The notes below the pieces were generated by a model. The model worked only from the letters and a program-made list of their open reading frames with translations, was not told the origin of the DNA and did not search any database. Of a stretch of 64,000 bases of DNA, positions 30,353 to 40,112 are shown one piece after another. Positions within the stretch are counted from its first letter, which is position 1, and the number at the start of each line of letters is the position of its first letter. The translations under genes were made by a program, and so were the position numbers. This stretch comes from Longimicrobiales bacterium (GTDB taxonomy: Bacteria > Gemmatimonadota > Gemmatimonadetes > Longimicrobiales > Gaopeijiaceae). The stretch lies in NCBI GenBank assembly GCA_965238005.1, contig OZ250165.1:2880001-2944000 (forward strand), read 5' to 3'.

Positions 30353-30568
30353 GTCGGCCCTGGGCCGGTAGTGGCGGAGTGCCAAAGCAGGATCGATTAA
30401 TCCGGCACCACGGGACGCTTGGGTTAGCGACTCCGTCTCCCCCTGAATCCTTTCGCCGGGGCCCGCGCGTATTAGAATTACCAGGGCGATCGCAACCTTC
30501 GGAACACGAGCGACGTCAAACAGTACGTAGAGAAGTTGTTGGTTGGGTCCCGTTCGGGTGTGGATGCC

Positions 30569-30937
30569 ATGCTGTCTTGGTTACCGGCTGCGATTTTGGC
30601 TGTCGTCCTCGGAGGTTTCGGCCTCCGGAGAGCCTGGGTGGGGCGTAAGCAGAGGTTGATCGCCGCCCGACGTGTGGTGGAGCGCCCAAACTCCTTCTAC
30701 GCGTCCAAGGGCGTCCAGGATCAAGAGGACGAAGAGTGGTGGCGCCGCATCAGGCTCGAACGTCTCCATGAGGTGAACCGGGAGTACGTCGAGCGGCTCC
30801 TCGGCCAGATCGACGGTGCCGGCGTCGACACCCTCACTCGGGAAGAGCGCGCCTTCATGGAGCGCATGGCCAATCTGGAAGCACCTCCCCGTGGAGCCGT
30901 ACGCCCCGAGCCCGACCCCTGGCCCTCTCCGGCCTGA
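30569..30937 (+). CDS. Small membrane-anchored hypothetical protein (C-terminus DUF6576-like)
   Basis: N-terminal TM; VERLLGQIDGAGVDTLTREERAFM. Confidence 0.6.
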   Translation: MLSWLPAAILAVVLGGFGLRRAWVGRKQRLIAARRVVERPNSFYASKGVQDQEDEEWWRRIRLERLHEVNREYVERLLGQIDGAGVDTLTREERAFMERMANLEAPPRGAVRPEPDPWPSPA

Positions 30938-31044
30938 GGCCTCTCTCTCCGCGAGCTCGAGCGACCCTCGAGCCCCGAGCAGACGGGCTTCCGGCCTCTA
31001 TACCCGGATAGCACGGCCGCACGAACGCGGGTACCTTTCCCGCC

Positions 31045-34000
31045 GTGAGCCAGCCACAGCCGGACCGACGCCCGCGCCTCAGCAAGGTGCAAGCCCTCGA
31101 CCTCCTCGGGTCCCACTTCGGACTCGTGGGCGACGTCGCGTCCCTACCGAGCGAGCGCGATCAGAACTTCCGTGTAGTGTCCGATCGAGGGGACCGGTTC
31201 GTTCTGAAGATCGCCCACCCCGACGTGCCCACGGCTCTTCTGGAGCTCCAAGCCGACGCCTTGGCGTTCCTGGCCGAGCGGGACATCGGCGTCGATCTCC
31301 CCAGGATCGTACCGACCACGACCGGGGATAGCGGCTTTGCCGCCCCTGGCGACGACGGAGCCACGCACTGGGTGCGACTCCTCACCTACGTCGAGGGTGA
31401 GATCATGGGGACCGTCCGGCCCAGGACGCCTTCCCTCCTGGAGTCTTTCGGCGAAGCGATGGGCCGCCTAGACGCAGCGCTCTCCGAATTCGACCACCCG
31501 GCCGCGGTCCGCCCGGACTTCCAGTGGGATCTGACCCGCGCCCACCAGGTCATGGACGCCAACCTCTCCCATATCCGAAAAAAGGAGCGGGGAGCCCGGG
31601 TCGAGGCGGTCGGACGCGAATTCGAGACCGTCGTAGTGCCGCTCCTACCCGAGGTGCCGAGGAGCGTCATCCACAACGACGCCAACGACTACAACGTTCT
31701 CGTCGGTCCTCCCACACCGGAGGGACGGACGGTCGTCGGACTCGTGGACTTCGGGGACGCTCTCGAGAGCGCGACCGTGTGTGACTTGGCCATAGGCGCC
31801 GCCTACGCCCTCTTCGGGGCGTCCGACCCTATGGCCGCCATGATCTCGGTGGTGCGCGGGTACCATCGCGTTCGTCCCCTCACCGAGACGGAGCTGGAGA
31901 TTCTCTTCACCCTCGTCCGGGCGCGGCTGGGCGTGAGCGTCAGCATCTCCGCCTCCCGGGGTGGAGAGGATTCGGATGACTCGTACCTGACGATCAGCGA
32001 GGCTCCGGCATGGGATGCGCTGACCGATCTGGCCGCTGTCCATCCGCGCCTCGCCCGGAACCTCCTCAGAGACGCGTGTGAGTTCGAGCCGTGCCCGAGT
32101 CACCACCAGATCACGGGCTGGATCGAATGGCACCGGCAGGAGGTGGGCCCTGTGGTCAGCGAGAGCCTGGACGATGCCCTGGTCTTCGACCTCAGCGCAG
32201 CCAGTCCCGAGATCGACAACCTGGACCGGGTCCTCGACGCCACCGCGTTCAACACGCACCTCCTGCGGCGCCTCGATGAGGAGGGCGCCACGGTGGGCAT
32301 CGGCCGATACGCCGAGCCCCGTGTGTGCTACGCCTCGGACAACTACGTGCAGGCCGCTGGGGAATTCCCGGAGCGTCGCACCGTGCACACCGCCATCGAC
32401 ATCTTCCTCCCCGCAGGGAGCCCGGTCCTGGCCCCCCTCGACGGCCACGTTCACAGTGTTCGGAACAACTCGGAGCGACTGGACTACGGGCCCACGATCA
32501 TCCTCGAGCACGCCCCCAACGACCTCCCGACCTTCTACACACTGTACGGGCATCTGGATCAGAAGTCGCCGGAGGGCCTGAAGGTGGGGATGCCCGTGGA
32601 GCGCGGTCAGCAGATCGCCCAGCTCGGTGACTTTCCCGAGAACGGGGACTGGCCGCCGCATCTCCACTTCCAGCTGATCACCGACCTCCTGGACATGGAG
32701 GGCACCTTCCCGGGGGTCGCGCTTCCCAGCCAGCGGAACGTGTGGCTGAGCATCTCCCCCGACCCGGGCCTCATGCTGGACCTGCCCGAGGGCTCCACTT
32801 TCGCTCCCGAGTTGCCGCTCGACCAGATCAGAGACCTCCGCCGGGAGCATCTGGGGCCGTCCCTCCGCCTCTCGTACAGAGAGCCGCTCCACATCGTCCG
32901 AGGGTGGAAGCAGCACCTCATCGACGCGAATGGGCAGGCCTATCTGGACGGGGTGAACAACGTCTGTCACGTGGGCCACTGCCATCCCCGAGTCGTGGAG
33001 GCCGCCCGAAAGCAGATGGGGGTCCTGAACACGAACACCCGCTACCTCCACGAGACCATCGGCCGCTACTGCGAGCGTCTCACCGCCACCCTGCCCGATC
33101 CGCTCTCAGTGTGCTTCCTCGTGAACTCGGGGAGCGAGGCGAACGAGCTGGCGTTCCGGCTCGCCCATGCCCACACCCAACGCGACGACTTCATCGTGGT
33201 GGAGGGCGCCTACCATGGGAACACGGGAGCCACCATTGCAGCCAGCCCCTACAAGTTCGACGGACCGGGGGGTGAGGGTGCCGCCCCGCACATCCATACC
33301 GTGGCCATGCCCGACGACTACCGGGGGCTTTTCCGGCGGTCGGACCCGGATCGCGGCCAGCGGTTCGCGGATCTGCTCCTGGAGGCCACGGCGGAAGCGC
33401 AGCGGCGATCGTTCGGCCCCGCCGCGTTCATCTGCGAGAGCCTGCTGAGTTGCGGAGGACAGATCGAGCTCCCCCCGGGCTACCTCGATGCGGCATACGC
33501 CCTGGTGCGCGAGGACGGCGGCGTGTGCATCTGCGACGAGGTCCAGGTGGGTTTCGGCCGCGTGGGAAGCCACTTCTGGGGCTTCGAGACTCAAGGCGTC
33601 GTGCCCGACATCGTGACCATGGGCAAGCCCATGGGGAACGGGCATCCACTCGGCGCCGTCGTCACCACGCCCGAGATCGCCGAGAGCTTCGCCAACGGAA
33701 TGGAGTACTTTAACACCTTCGGCGGCAATCCGGTATCGTGCGCGGTCGGCCTGGCGGTCCTGGACGTCATCGAGGACGAGGGTCTCCAGGAGCACGCCCT
33801 CCGCGTCGGCAGCCGCATGCGCGACGGGCTCGTCTCACTGATGGGGCGACACCCGGCGGTGGGAGACGTGCGCGGCCTGGGCCTGTTTCTCGGGATCGAG
33901 ATCGTCTCCGATCATGCGAGCCGCGAGCCCCACCCCGGAGTCGCCGAGTACGTCGTCGAGAGGATGAAGGGCCACGGGATCCTACTGAGCACCGACGGGC

Positions 34001-34125
34001 CCGACTACAACATCATCAAGATCAAGCCACCCCTCGTGTTCGATCAGAACGACGCCGACCGCCTCGTCGAGGTGATGGACCGCGTGCTTTCGGACGACTA
34101 CGTAACCCGGAATTGCGGAGGGTGA
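31045..34125 (+). CDS. Fusion protein: APH-type phosphotransferase + M23 domain + class III PLP aminotransferase/phospho-lyase
   Basis: HNDANDYN and DFGD; HTAID and [29 protein letters not shown]. Confidence 0.92.
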   Translation: MSQPQPDRRPRLSKVQALDLLGSHFGLVGDVASLPSERDQNFRVVSDRGDRFVLKIAHPDVPTALLELQADALAFLAERDIGVDLPRIVPTTTGDSGFAAPGDDGATHWVRLLTYVEGEIMGTVRPRTPSLLESFGEAMGRLDAALSEFDHPAAVRPDFQWDLTRAHQVMDANLSHIRKKERGARVEAVGREFETVVVPLLPEVPRSVIHNDANDYNVLVGPPTPEGRTVVGLVDFGDALESATVCDLAIGAAYALFGASDPMAAMISVVRGYHRVRPLTETELEILFTLVRARLGVSVSISASRGGEDSDDSYLTISEAPAWDALTDLAAVHPRLARNLLRDACEFEPCPSHHQITGWIEWHRQEVGPVVSESLDDALVFDLSAASPEIDNLDRVLDATAFNTHLLRRLDEEGATVGIGRYAEPRVCYASDNYVQAAGEFPERRTVHTAIDIFLPAGSPVLAPLDGHVHSVRNNSERLDYGPTIILEHAPNDLPTFYTLYGHLDQKSPEGLKVGMPVERGQQIAQLGDFPENGDWPPHLHFQLITDLLDMEGTFPGVALPSQRNVWLSISPDPGLMLDLPEGSTFAPELPLDQIRDLRREHLGPSLRLSYREPLHIVRGWKQHLIDANGQAYLDGVNNVCHVGHCHPRVVEAARKQMGVLNTNTRYLHETIGRYCERLTATLPDPLSVCFLVNSGSEANELAFRLAHAHTQRDDFIVVEGAYHGNTGATIAASPYKFDGPGGEGAAPHIHTVAMPDDYRGLFRRSDPDRGQRFADLLLEATAEAQRRSFGPAAFICESLLSCGGQIELPPGYLDAAYALVREDGGVCICDEVQVGFGRVGSHFWGFETQGVVPDIVTMGKPMGNGHPLGAVVTTPEIAESFANGMEYFNTFGGNPVSCAVGLAVLDVIEDEGLQEHALRVGSRMRDGLVSLMGRHPAVGDVRGLGLFLGIEIVSDHASREPHPGVAEYVVERMKGHGILLSTDGPDYNIIKIKPPLVFDQNDADRLVEVMDRVLSDDYVTRNCGG

Positions 34126-35075
34126 CGCGAGAGCGGGCAGTACCCTGGCTCCTCGTCGGTCTCTACTGGTTTGTCCTGGCCACGCTGGCGGGGGAGATCA
34201 AGCTCGACCACCTCACCTACGGTGGTGCCGTGCTCCTCCTGGCTCACCTCGGGCCCCGTGGGCGACAGGTGCTGCTCTTCCTCCTCCCCTTCATCCTGAC
34301 GGGCGTCATCTACGACAGCCAACGATACTGGGGTCCCCACGTACGGGGCGCGCCCCACATCGCCGAGCCCTACCTCTTGGAAAGAAGCCTTTTCGGTGTC
34401 TCGTCGCCCAACGGGCCCCTGACGCTCAACGAGTGGTTCGGACTGCATCTCCACCCCGTCCTCGACCTCATCGCGGGCGGCGCCTACCTGACGTTCATTG
34501 GGATCTTCATGGTGGTGGCCTTCCTACTGACCAGACGGATCCACAGGGGCGGCGTGGCAGCCGGAGCCGGGGACATCGGCGATGCCTGGAGCCCGGAGCG
34601 TCGTTTCTGGACGGCTCAGACCCTGGTGTGGTGCTTCCTCGTGGTCAATGTCGTGGGGTACGCCACCTGGTATCTCTATCCGGCCGCACCACCGTGGTAC
34701 ATCGAGGCATACGGCCTCGAGACGGTTCTTCTCGACGTGCCGGGGAGCCCGGCGCGAACTGCCCGCTTCGACAACCTCCTGGGGACGAGCTTTTTCGCCG
34801 GGATGTACGGGTACGAGTCGAACCCGTTCGGGGCGATGCCATCGCTCCACATATCGTACCCCACACTCTCCGTCTTCTTCGCCTTCAGGCTCGGAGCGCT
34901 CCGGGCCCTCACGGTGGCATTCCTCGCCGTCATGTGCTTCGCGGCCGTCTATCTGAACCACCACTACGTGATCGACGTGGTGCTGGGTGCGCTCTACGGG
35001 TTGGTGGCGGGGGTGATGACGGTGGCAGGCGCCGAGTGGGCGATCACTTCTTCTTCTTTTCGTCCTTCAAAATGA
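34122..35075 (+). CDS. Aur1/inositol-phosphorylceramide-synthase-like PAP2 membrane protein
   Basis: YPAAPPWY, NPFGAMPSLH, YLNHHYVID; GTG start overlaps upstream TGA. Confidence 0.82.
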   Translation: MTRERAVPWLLVGLYWFVLATLAGEIKLDHLTYGGAVLLLAHLGPRGRQVLLFLLPFILTGVIYDSQRYWGPHVRGAPHIAEPYLLERSLFGVSSPNGPLTLNEWFGLHLHPVLDLIAGGAYLTFIGIFMVVAFLLTRRIHRGGVAAGAGDIGDAWSPERRFWTAQTLVWCFLVVNVVGYATWYLYPAAPPWYIEAYGLETVLLDVPGSPARTARFDNLLGTSFFAGMYGYESNPFGAMPSLHISYPTLSVFFAFRLGALRALTVAFLAVMCFAAVYLNHHYVIDVVLGALYGLVAGVMTVAGAEWAITSSSFRPSK

Positions 35076-35403
35076 CCGAGAGGAGCATGGATATGATGGA
35101 GATCACTACGCTGCCCACCACCGCCGGCCAGATCCCCCTAACCGCGAAGTTGTCAACGAGCTTGGCGGTGAGGAGCAGCATGGCGCCGTTAATCACCAGA
35201 TAGAAGAGGCCCAGGGTGAAGAAGAGGAACGGCAGCGAGAAGAAGAAGACGATGGGCTTCACCAGGGCGTTCACCAGCCCGAACACGAAGGCCACCAGAA
35301 GCACATCCAGGTACCCCCCCGTCAGGTCGATGCCGTTGACGAAGTAGGCCGCCCCGGTCAGGGCGAAGGCGTTGATGATGAGGCGAATCGCGAAGTTTCT
35401 CAC
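35044..35403 (-). CDS. YvlD-like 4-TM membrane protein (phage holin superfamily IV)
   Basis: GLVNALVKP..LPF..TLGLF..VING motif. Confidence 0.85.
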   Translation of the reverse strand: MRNFAIRLIINAFALTGAAYFVNGIDLTGGYLDVLLVAFVFGLVNALVKPIVFFFSLPFLFFTLGLFYLVINGAMLLLTAKLVDNFAVRGIWPAVVGSVVISIISMLLSVILKDEKKKK

Positions 35404-35681
35404 CCGTCGTCCCCCGAGGTCGGTCCAAGAGGATCATCTGGTCCCGCACGATCGCCAGTTCGGCCCGATCCTCTGCCGGGCAAGATACTTACTCCGGCAC
35501 GACTTGCGGGTCCCGGTCGCTCAGGAAGTAGCGGGCCACGTCGGTGACATCGATGACGACCGATATACCATCCACGACGAGAGCGACGAGGATCCAGTTT
35601 CGGAACAGGCCGCTGGACGTCGATGGGGGTCGCGATCCCTCAACGTCGCGCGCGACACAAGCGATGGTATCTTAGCCCACC

Positions 35682-36848
35682 ATGAACGCGCACACACACA
35701 TGGACGGTTCCCCGGGACCGCCTGTCACGATCCGCTGGACCGACGACGACGCGGGCCTGGTCATTCTCGATCAGACCGAGCTTCCCGGCTCGGAGGTCTA
35801 CCGGGAGCTCCGAACGCTTCACGAAGTGCACGAAGCCATCACGAGCTTGCGCGTGCGTGGCGCTCCACTGGTCGGCATCACGGCAGCGATGGGCGTGGCT
35901 GCGCTGGCCAGCGCGCGGATCGCCGAGGCGGGAGGGAGGGCCGGCGACACCTCGGGCCATCACGCCCCGTCTCTTTCGGCCGAGGAGGTGACGGAGTGGT
36001 GCCGCCATCTCGCCCAGGCCCGTCCCACCGCGGTGAACCTCGGCTGGGCCCTTGAGCGCATGACCTCGACAGCGCTGGGAGCCCCGTGGGACGACCCGGC
36101 CGAGCTGGCCCGTGCCCTGCGTGAAGAGGCCGGCCGGATCCTGGACGAGGACCGGGTCATGTGCCGGCAGATCGGGGAGCACGCACTAGCGCTGGTCGAC
36201 GACGGGGCGTCCGTCCTCACCCACTGCAACGCCGGTGCCCTGGCCACCGGGGGGATCGGCACGGCCCTGGCGCCCCTATACCTGGCCCACCAGGTGGGTC
36301 GCTCGGTCCGGGTGTTCTCCACCGAGACGCGTCCGCTCCTGCAAGGGAGCAGGCTGACCGCGTGGGAGCTGGGCCGGGCCGGAATCGACGTGACGGTCAT
36401 CACGGACAACATGGCGGGGGCGCTCTTCGGTGAGCTCCGCCCTGACATCGTATTCGTGGGAGCCGACCGGATCGCCGCCAACGGCGACGTGGCCAACAAA
36501 GTCGGGACGTACGCCCTGGCGGTCCTGGCCCGTCACCACGGGGTCCCCTTCTACGTGCTGGCGCCGACGTCCACAGTGGATCTCGGGACCTCGGCCGGCG
36601 CCGACATCCCCATCGAGTTCCGGGGAGCGGAGGAGGTCGCCAGGGGATTCGGGTCACTCACCGCCCCATCCGACGCCCAGGTGTGGAACCCGGCGTTCGA
36701 CATCACGCCGGCGAGCCTCGTCTCCGGCATTGTGACGGAGCGCGGGATCCACACCCACCCGCTCGGCGAGGCGCTTGCGGAGGCCATCCGAGAGGCCGAC
36801 GAAGAACGTGGTAGGCGCCCCCTGACCAGCGAGGGGCCGGCGTCGTGA
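35682..36848 (+). CDS. mtnA: S-methyl-5-thioribose-1-phosphate isomerase
   Basis: VRGAP, RPTAVNL, THCNAGALAT, ETRPLLQG, GADRIAANGDVANKVGTY, NPAFD; start may be 35700. Confidence 0.95.
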   Translation: MNAHTHMDGSPGPPVTIRWTDDDAGLVILDQTELPGSEVYRELRTLHEVHEAITSLRVRGAPLVGITAAMGVAALASARIAEAGGRAGDTSGHHAPSLSAEEVTEWCRHLAQARPTAVNLGWALERMTSTALGAPWDDPAELARALREEAGRILDEDRVMCRQIGEHALALVDDGASVLTHCNAGALATGGIGTALAPLYLAHQVGRSVRVFSTETRPLLQGSRLTAWELGRAGIDVTVITDNMAGALFGELRPDIVFVGADRIAANGDVANKVGTYALAVLARHHGVPFYVLAPTSTVDLGTSAGADIPIEFRGAEEVARGFGSLTAPSDAQVWNPAFDITPASLVSGIVTERGIHTHPLGEALAEAIREADEERGRRPLTSEGPAS

Positions 36849-36918
36849 CGGACGACATGGCGTGATCGAAACCCTGTCCACCGATTGACGCCGGCCCGAC
36901 CCGCTCCGTGCTACCGCC

Positions 36919-37325
36919 TCACTCGTACCGAAGCGCCGTCATGGGATCGACGCTCGTGGCACGCCGTGCCGGGATCCAGCTCGCCAGGAAACCGATGGAG
37001 AGGATCACTCCGAGTACGGTGGCGAAGACCGACACGTCGCGGGGATCCACCTGGAACATGATGATCGTGATCGCTTCCGAGACTCCCCAAGCAAGGGCCA
37101 TCCCGATGGCGAGACCGATCGCCATCTGCGCGGCACCCTGTTTGAGGAGCAACTTCGGTGTTTCGCACGTCGGCGGCCATGCCCATGGGTGGGCCCGCCG
37201 AGAAGAACGGCAGCATGACCCGGAGGCAGCCGGCACCCAGAGCGACCCGGACGTCCGCCTCCTTGGTCCTGAGTGCGGCCCGCGCCAGGAGAAGATTCGC
37301 GACGTTGGCGCACGCCACGAGCAAT
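36919..37325 (-). pseudogene. Remnant of ADOP/FtsX-like duplicated ABC permease
   Basis: LLVACANVANLLLAR..VRVALGAG fragment followed out of frame by C-terminus ..PARRATSVDPMTALRYE*; most of the gene is absent. Confidence 0.85.
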
Positions 37326-37352
37326 AGCCCGGGCCCCGCGAGGGCCCGGGCT
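37326..37352 (-). terminator. GC-rich hairpin after DUF411 gene
   Basis: Perfect 11-bp stem AGCCCGGGCCC/GGGCCCGGGCT; weak U tract. Confidence 0.5.
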
Positions 37353-37356
37353 GCGC

Positions 37357-37827
37357 TCAACGCTTCGCGTAGACGGCTGTTCTCCCGCTGGCGTCGAACG
37401 CCATCACGTCGTAGGGCTGGGCCGGCTGACCGGGGACCTCCATACCGGGGCTTCCGACGACCATGCCCGGAACGGACAGGCCTGCGATATTCGGCTTCTC
37501 GTCCAGCATCTTCTGGACGAGATCCGCAGGCACGTGACCCTCGACCACGTAGCCGCCCACCAGAGCCGTGTGGCACGACCCGAGATTGGCCGAGATGCCG
37601 TGCTCCGCCTTGATGGCCTGCAGGTCGGTCACGTCATGGACTCCGAGCTCGAAGCCGGCGGCCCGCATGTGGTCCACCCAAGCGCCGCAGCAATCGCAGG
37701 ACGGGTTCTTGTAAACGGTGACGACGCCGGCCTTGGCCGCTGAAGGGATATACCACGACGAAAGCCCGGCGATCAGCAGCGCGAAAACGCCACCCCCGGC
37801 CAGTGCCGCGATCCTCTTATTCATCAT
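37357..37827 (-). CDS. DUF411 (CopG-like) exported metal-binding protein
   Basis: YKNPSCDCCGAW, SCHTA, EGHVP, VPGMVVGSPGME. Confidence 0.9.
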   Translation of the reverse strand: MMNKRIAALAGGGVFALLIAGLSSWYIPSAAKAGVVTVYKNPSCDCCGAWVDHMRAAGFELGVHDVTDLQAIKAEHGISANLGSCHTALVGGYVVEGHVPADLVQKMLDEKPNIAGLSVPGMVVGSPGMEVPGQPAQPYDVMAFDASGRTAVYAKR

Positions 37828-38049
37828 GTGATCTGTCCTCACCAGAAGGAATCTGGTGCGAATGTCCCTAGTGGACATGGAGATAACGGTCGAATTCTAG
37901 CGAGGTGCTCGGACATTACCAATAGCGGGCTCGGTGGATCTCGCCACCGCCGTCGAGGTCGTGGAGGCGGCCGGACATTTGCCTTAACCGTGACCGGGTG
38001 CTCAAATTCCGCCCGAGAGGAGCGACTTTTTCGCGGCCGATACGAATAC

Positions 38050-39330
38050 ATGGCTGACCAAGAGCGTCAAACTCAAATCCACGCCGAGCTGGCCCCCGAC
38101 TTCCAGATCGTACGTCTTCTGGGAGAGGGTTCCGTGGCTCACGTGTACCTCGCCAGAGAAGAGGACCTCAGGCGCATGGTGGCCCTCAAGGTCATGAAGG
38201 CCGAGCTCGCGGGAGACGAGACCGCACGGAAGCGCTTCGAGAGGGAAGCTCGGTCCGCAGCCAAGATCAACCACAAAAACGTAGCCGCGGTGTACCGCGT
38301 GGGTACCCTGGACGACGAGACGCCGTTCATCATCATGGAGTACATCGAGGGACGGAATCTCGCGGACGCCCTGCAGGCGGAGGGTGTGATGGGGATCGAG
38401 CAGGCGTGCCACGTCCTGAGCCAGGTGGCCTCCGCATTGGCGGCGGCGCACGAGTGTGGCATCGTCCATCGTGACGGTAAACCCGCCAACGTGGTTCGGG
38501 AGCGAGACTCCGACCGCGTCGTCCTTACCGACTTCGGGATCGCCGGCATCCTCGAGACGGGAGCGGACAGCGTCACCCGGCTTACGCACCAGGGGCAGCT
38601 CCTGGGGGATCCGCGCTACATGAGCCCGGAGCAGCTATTGGGTGATCCCCTCACCGACGAGTCGGACGTGTACAGCCTTGGGATCCTCGCATATGAGGTC
38701 CTCACGCTCCAGCACGCCTACGGGGCCACGTCGAAGGTGCAGATCGCAACGGCCCATCTGGAGAAGGAGCCGATCCCGCTGCTGGAGCTGCGTCCCGACG
38801 CCGACCCGCATCTGGGGGAGCTCCTTGCTCGCTGTCTGGCAAAGAACCCCACGCACCGACCCCGGGCATCGCATGTGGCGAAGGCGTTAGAGCACATCGT
38901 GGAGGAGCCCCATGCGGAGCCGCCGAGGGCAGAGCCTGGACCGTCCGGCGGTGAGAGGCTGCCCGCCGCCTTCCAGAGCCTGCCCTCCCTCCAGAGCTTC
39001 CTGGGCGAGCTTCGGCGCAGGCACGTCTACCACGTGGCCGTGTTCTACGTCCTTGTGGCGGGGACCATCCTGACCGCGGCGGATCTGATGCTCGAGGCGC
39101 TTCCCGTCCCCGAGATCACCGAGAAGGTCCTGGTCGCCCTGACCCTCGGCGGCTTCCCCATTGCGCTCGTGATCTCCTGGATGTTCGACATCACCAGCAA
39201 GGGCGTCCGGCGGACCGAGTCCGTGCTGCCCAGGGGTGCCCGTGCAAAGATGCTGGCCTTGCAGCTCATCTCCTTGAGCGCCGCGCTGACCCTCGCCGCC
39301 CTGATCGGCTGGTGGGTGCTGGGCGAGTAG
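38050..39330 (+). CDS. Ser/Thr protein kinase with C-terminal 3-TM module
   Basis: LGEGSVAHV, VALK, HRDGKPAN, DFG, YMSPE. Confidence 0.9.
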   Translation: MADQERQTQIHAELAPDFQIVRLLGEGSVAHVYLAREEDLRRMVALKVMKAELAGDETARKRFEREARSAAKINHKNVAAVYRVGTLDDETPFIIMEYIEGRNLADALQAEGVMGIEQACHVLSQVASALAAAHECGIVHRDGKPANVVRERDSDRVVLTDFGIAGILETGADSVTRLTHQGQLLGDPRYMSPEQLLGDPLTDESDVYSLGILAYEVLTLQHAYGATSKVQIATAHLEKEPIPLLELRPDADPHLGELLARCLAKNPTHRPRASHVAKALEHIVEEPHAEPPRAEPGPSGGERLPAAFQSLPSLQSFLGELRRRHVYHVAVFYVLVAGTILTAADLMLEALPVPEITEKVLVALTLGGFPIALVISWMFDITSKGVRRTESVLPRGARAKMLALQLISLSAALTLAALIGWWVLGE

Positions 39331-39395
39331 CGACCGACTGCGATCCGGAGCCGAAACGACAACCCAGCGGAAAATCTCATGAAGCGGGAAATCTC

Positions 39396-39602
39396 ATGAA
39401 TAAGTCACTCGCGATCACTGGAATGTCCTGTGAACACTGCGTGAGCCATGTCAAGTCGGCCCTGGAGGGGATGGAAGGCGTGACCCGAGCAGAGGTGTCG
39501 TTGGAAAAAGGTCAGGCCGACGTTACCCTTTCGGCGGACGTACCGGACGCTGACCTCGTGGCAGCGGTCGAGACCGCGGGCTATCAGGCCGAGGCCCGCT
39601 AG
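39396..39602 (+). CDS. Heavy-metal-associated domain protein (CopZ-like)
   Basis: GMSCEHCV motif, 68 aa. Confidence 0.9.
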   Translation: MNKSLAITGMSCEHCVSHVKSALEGMEGVTRAEVSLEKGQADVTLSADVPDADLVAAVETAGYQAEAR

Positions 39603-39675
39603 TGTTCCGTTGCCGAAGTTCGCGAGCCACCAAGAGGGCCGGAGCGCCGTGGGATCAAGGCGGGGCGGGACACTA
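39600..39675. mobile_element. MITE copy 1 (76 bp, right part deleted)
   Basis: TAGTGTTCCGTTGCCGAAGTTCGCGAGCCACCAAGAGGG...CGGGACACTA; shared with 46462 and 62899. Confidence 0.85.
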
Positions 39676-39682
39676 GGTCGGA

Positions 39683-40105
39683 ATGACAGCGCTCACTCGG
39701 ACCCTCGAGCTACGGACGGAGGGCGACGATCACATTCTGGACCTGACCGCCGACCTTCAAGCGTTAGTCCGCGACAGCGGGATCACCACGGGACAGCTCA
39801 CGGCGATGGTTGTCGGCTCCACGGCCGCCCTGACCACCGTGGAGTACGAGCCAGGAATGGTGGGCCACGACATCGCTGCGGCGCTGGAGCGCATCGCCCC
39901 ACGGGACGGCCGTTACGAGCACGAGAAGATGTGGCACGACGACAACGGTCACAGCCACGTGCGGGCGAGCCTCATCGGGCCCTCCCTGGCCCTTCCCATC
40001 GTCCAGAGCTCCCTGCCCCTCGGCACCTGGCAACAGGTGGTCCTGGTGGACCTTGACACACGGCCCAGGCATCGGCAGATCGTGGTCAACCTCGTCGGGG
40101 AGTGA
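39683..40105 (+). CDS. YjbQ/UPF0047 family protein
   Basis: GSTAALTTVEYEPG, DNGHSH, LGTWQQV. Confidence 0.9.
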   Translation: MTALTRTLELRTEGDDHILDLTADLQALVRDSGITTGQLTAMVVGSTAALTTVEYEPGMVGHDIAAALERIAPRDGRYEHEKMWHDDNGHSHVRASLIGPSLALPIVQSSLPLGTWQQVVLVDLDTRPRHRQIVVNLVGE

Positions 40106-40112
40106 GCACCGC

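Noticed and set aside
35044..35403. Holin-family gene as evidence of a prophage
   Set aside because: YvlD-like genes are common on chromosomes; no phage genes nearby
35489..35640. Minus-strand hydrophobic peptide FRNWILVALVVDGISVVIDVTDVARYF
   Set aside because: No start codon and no assignable family; possible remnant only
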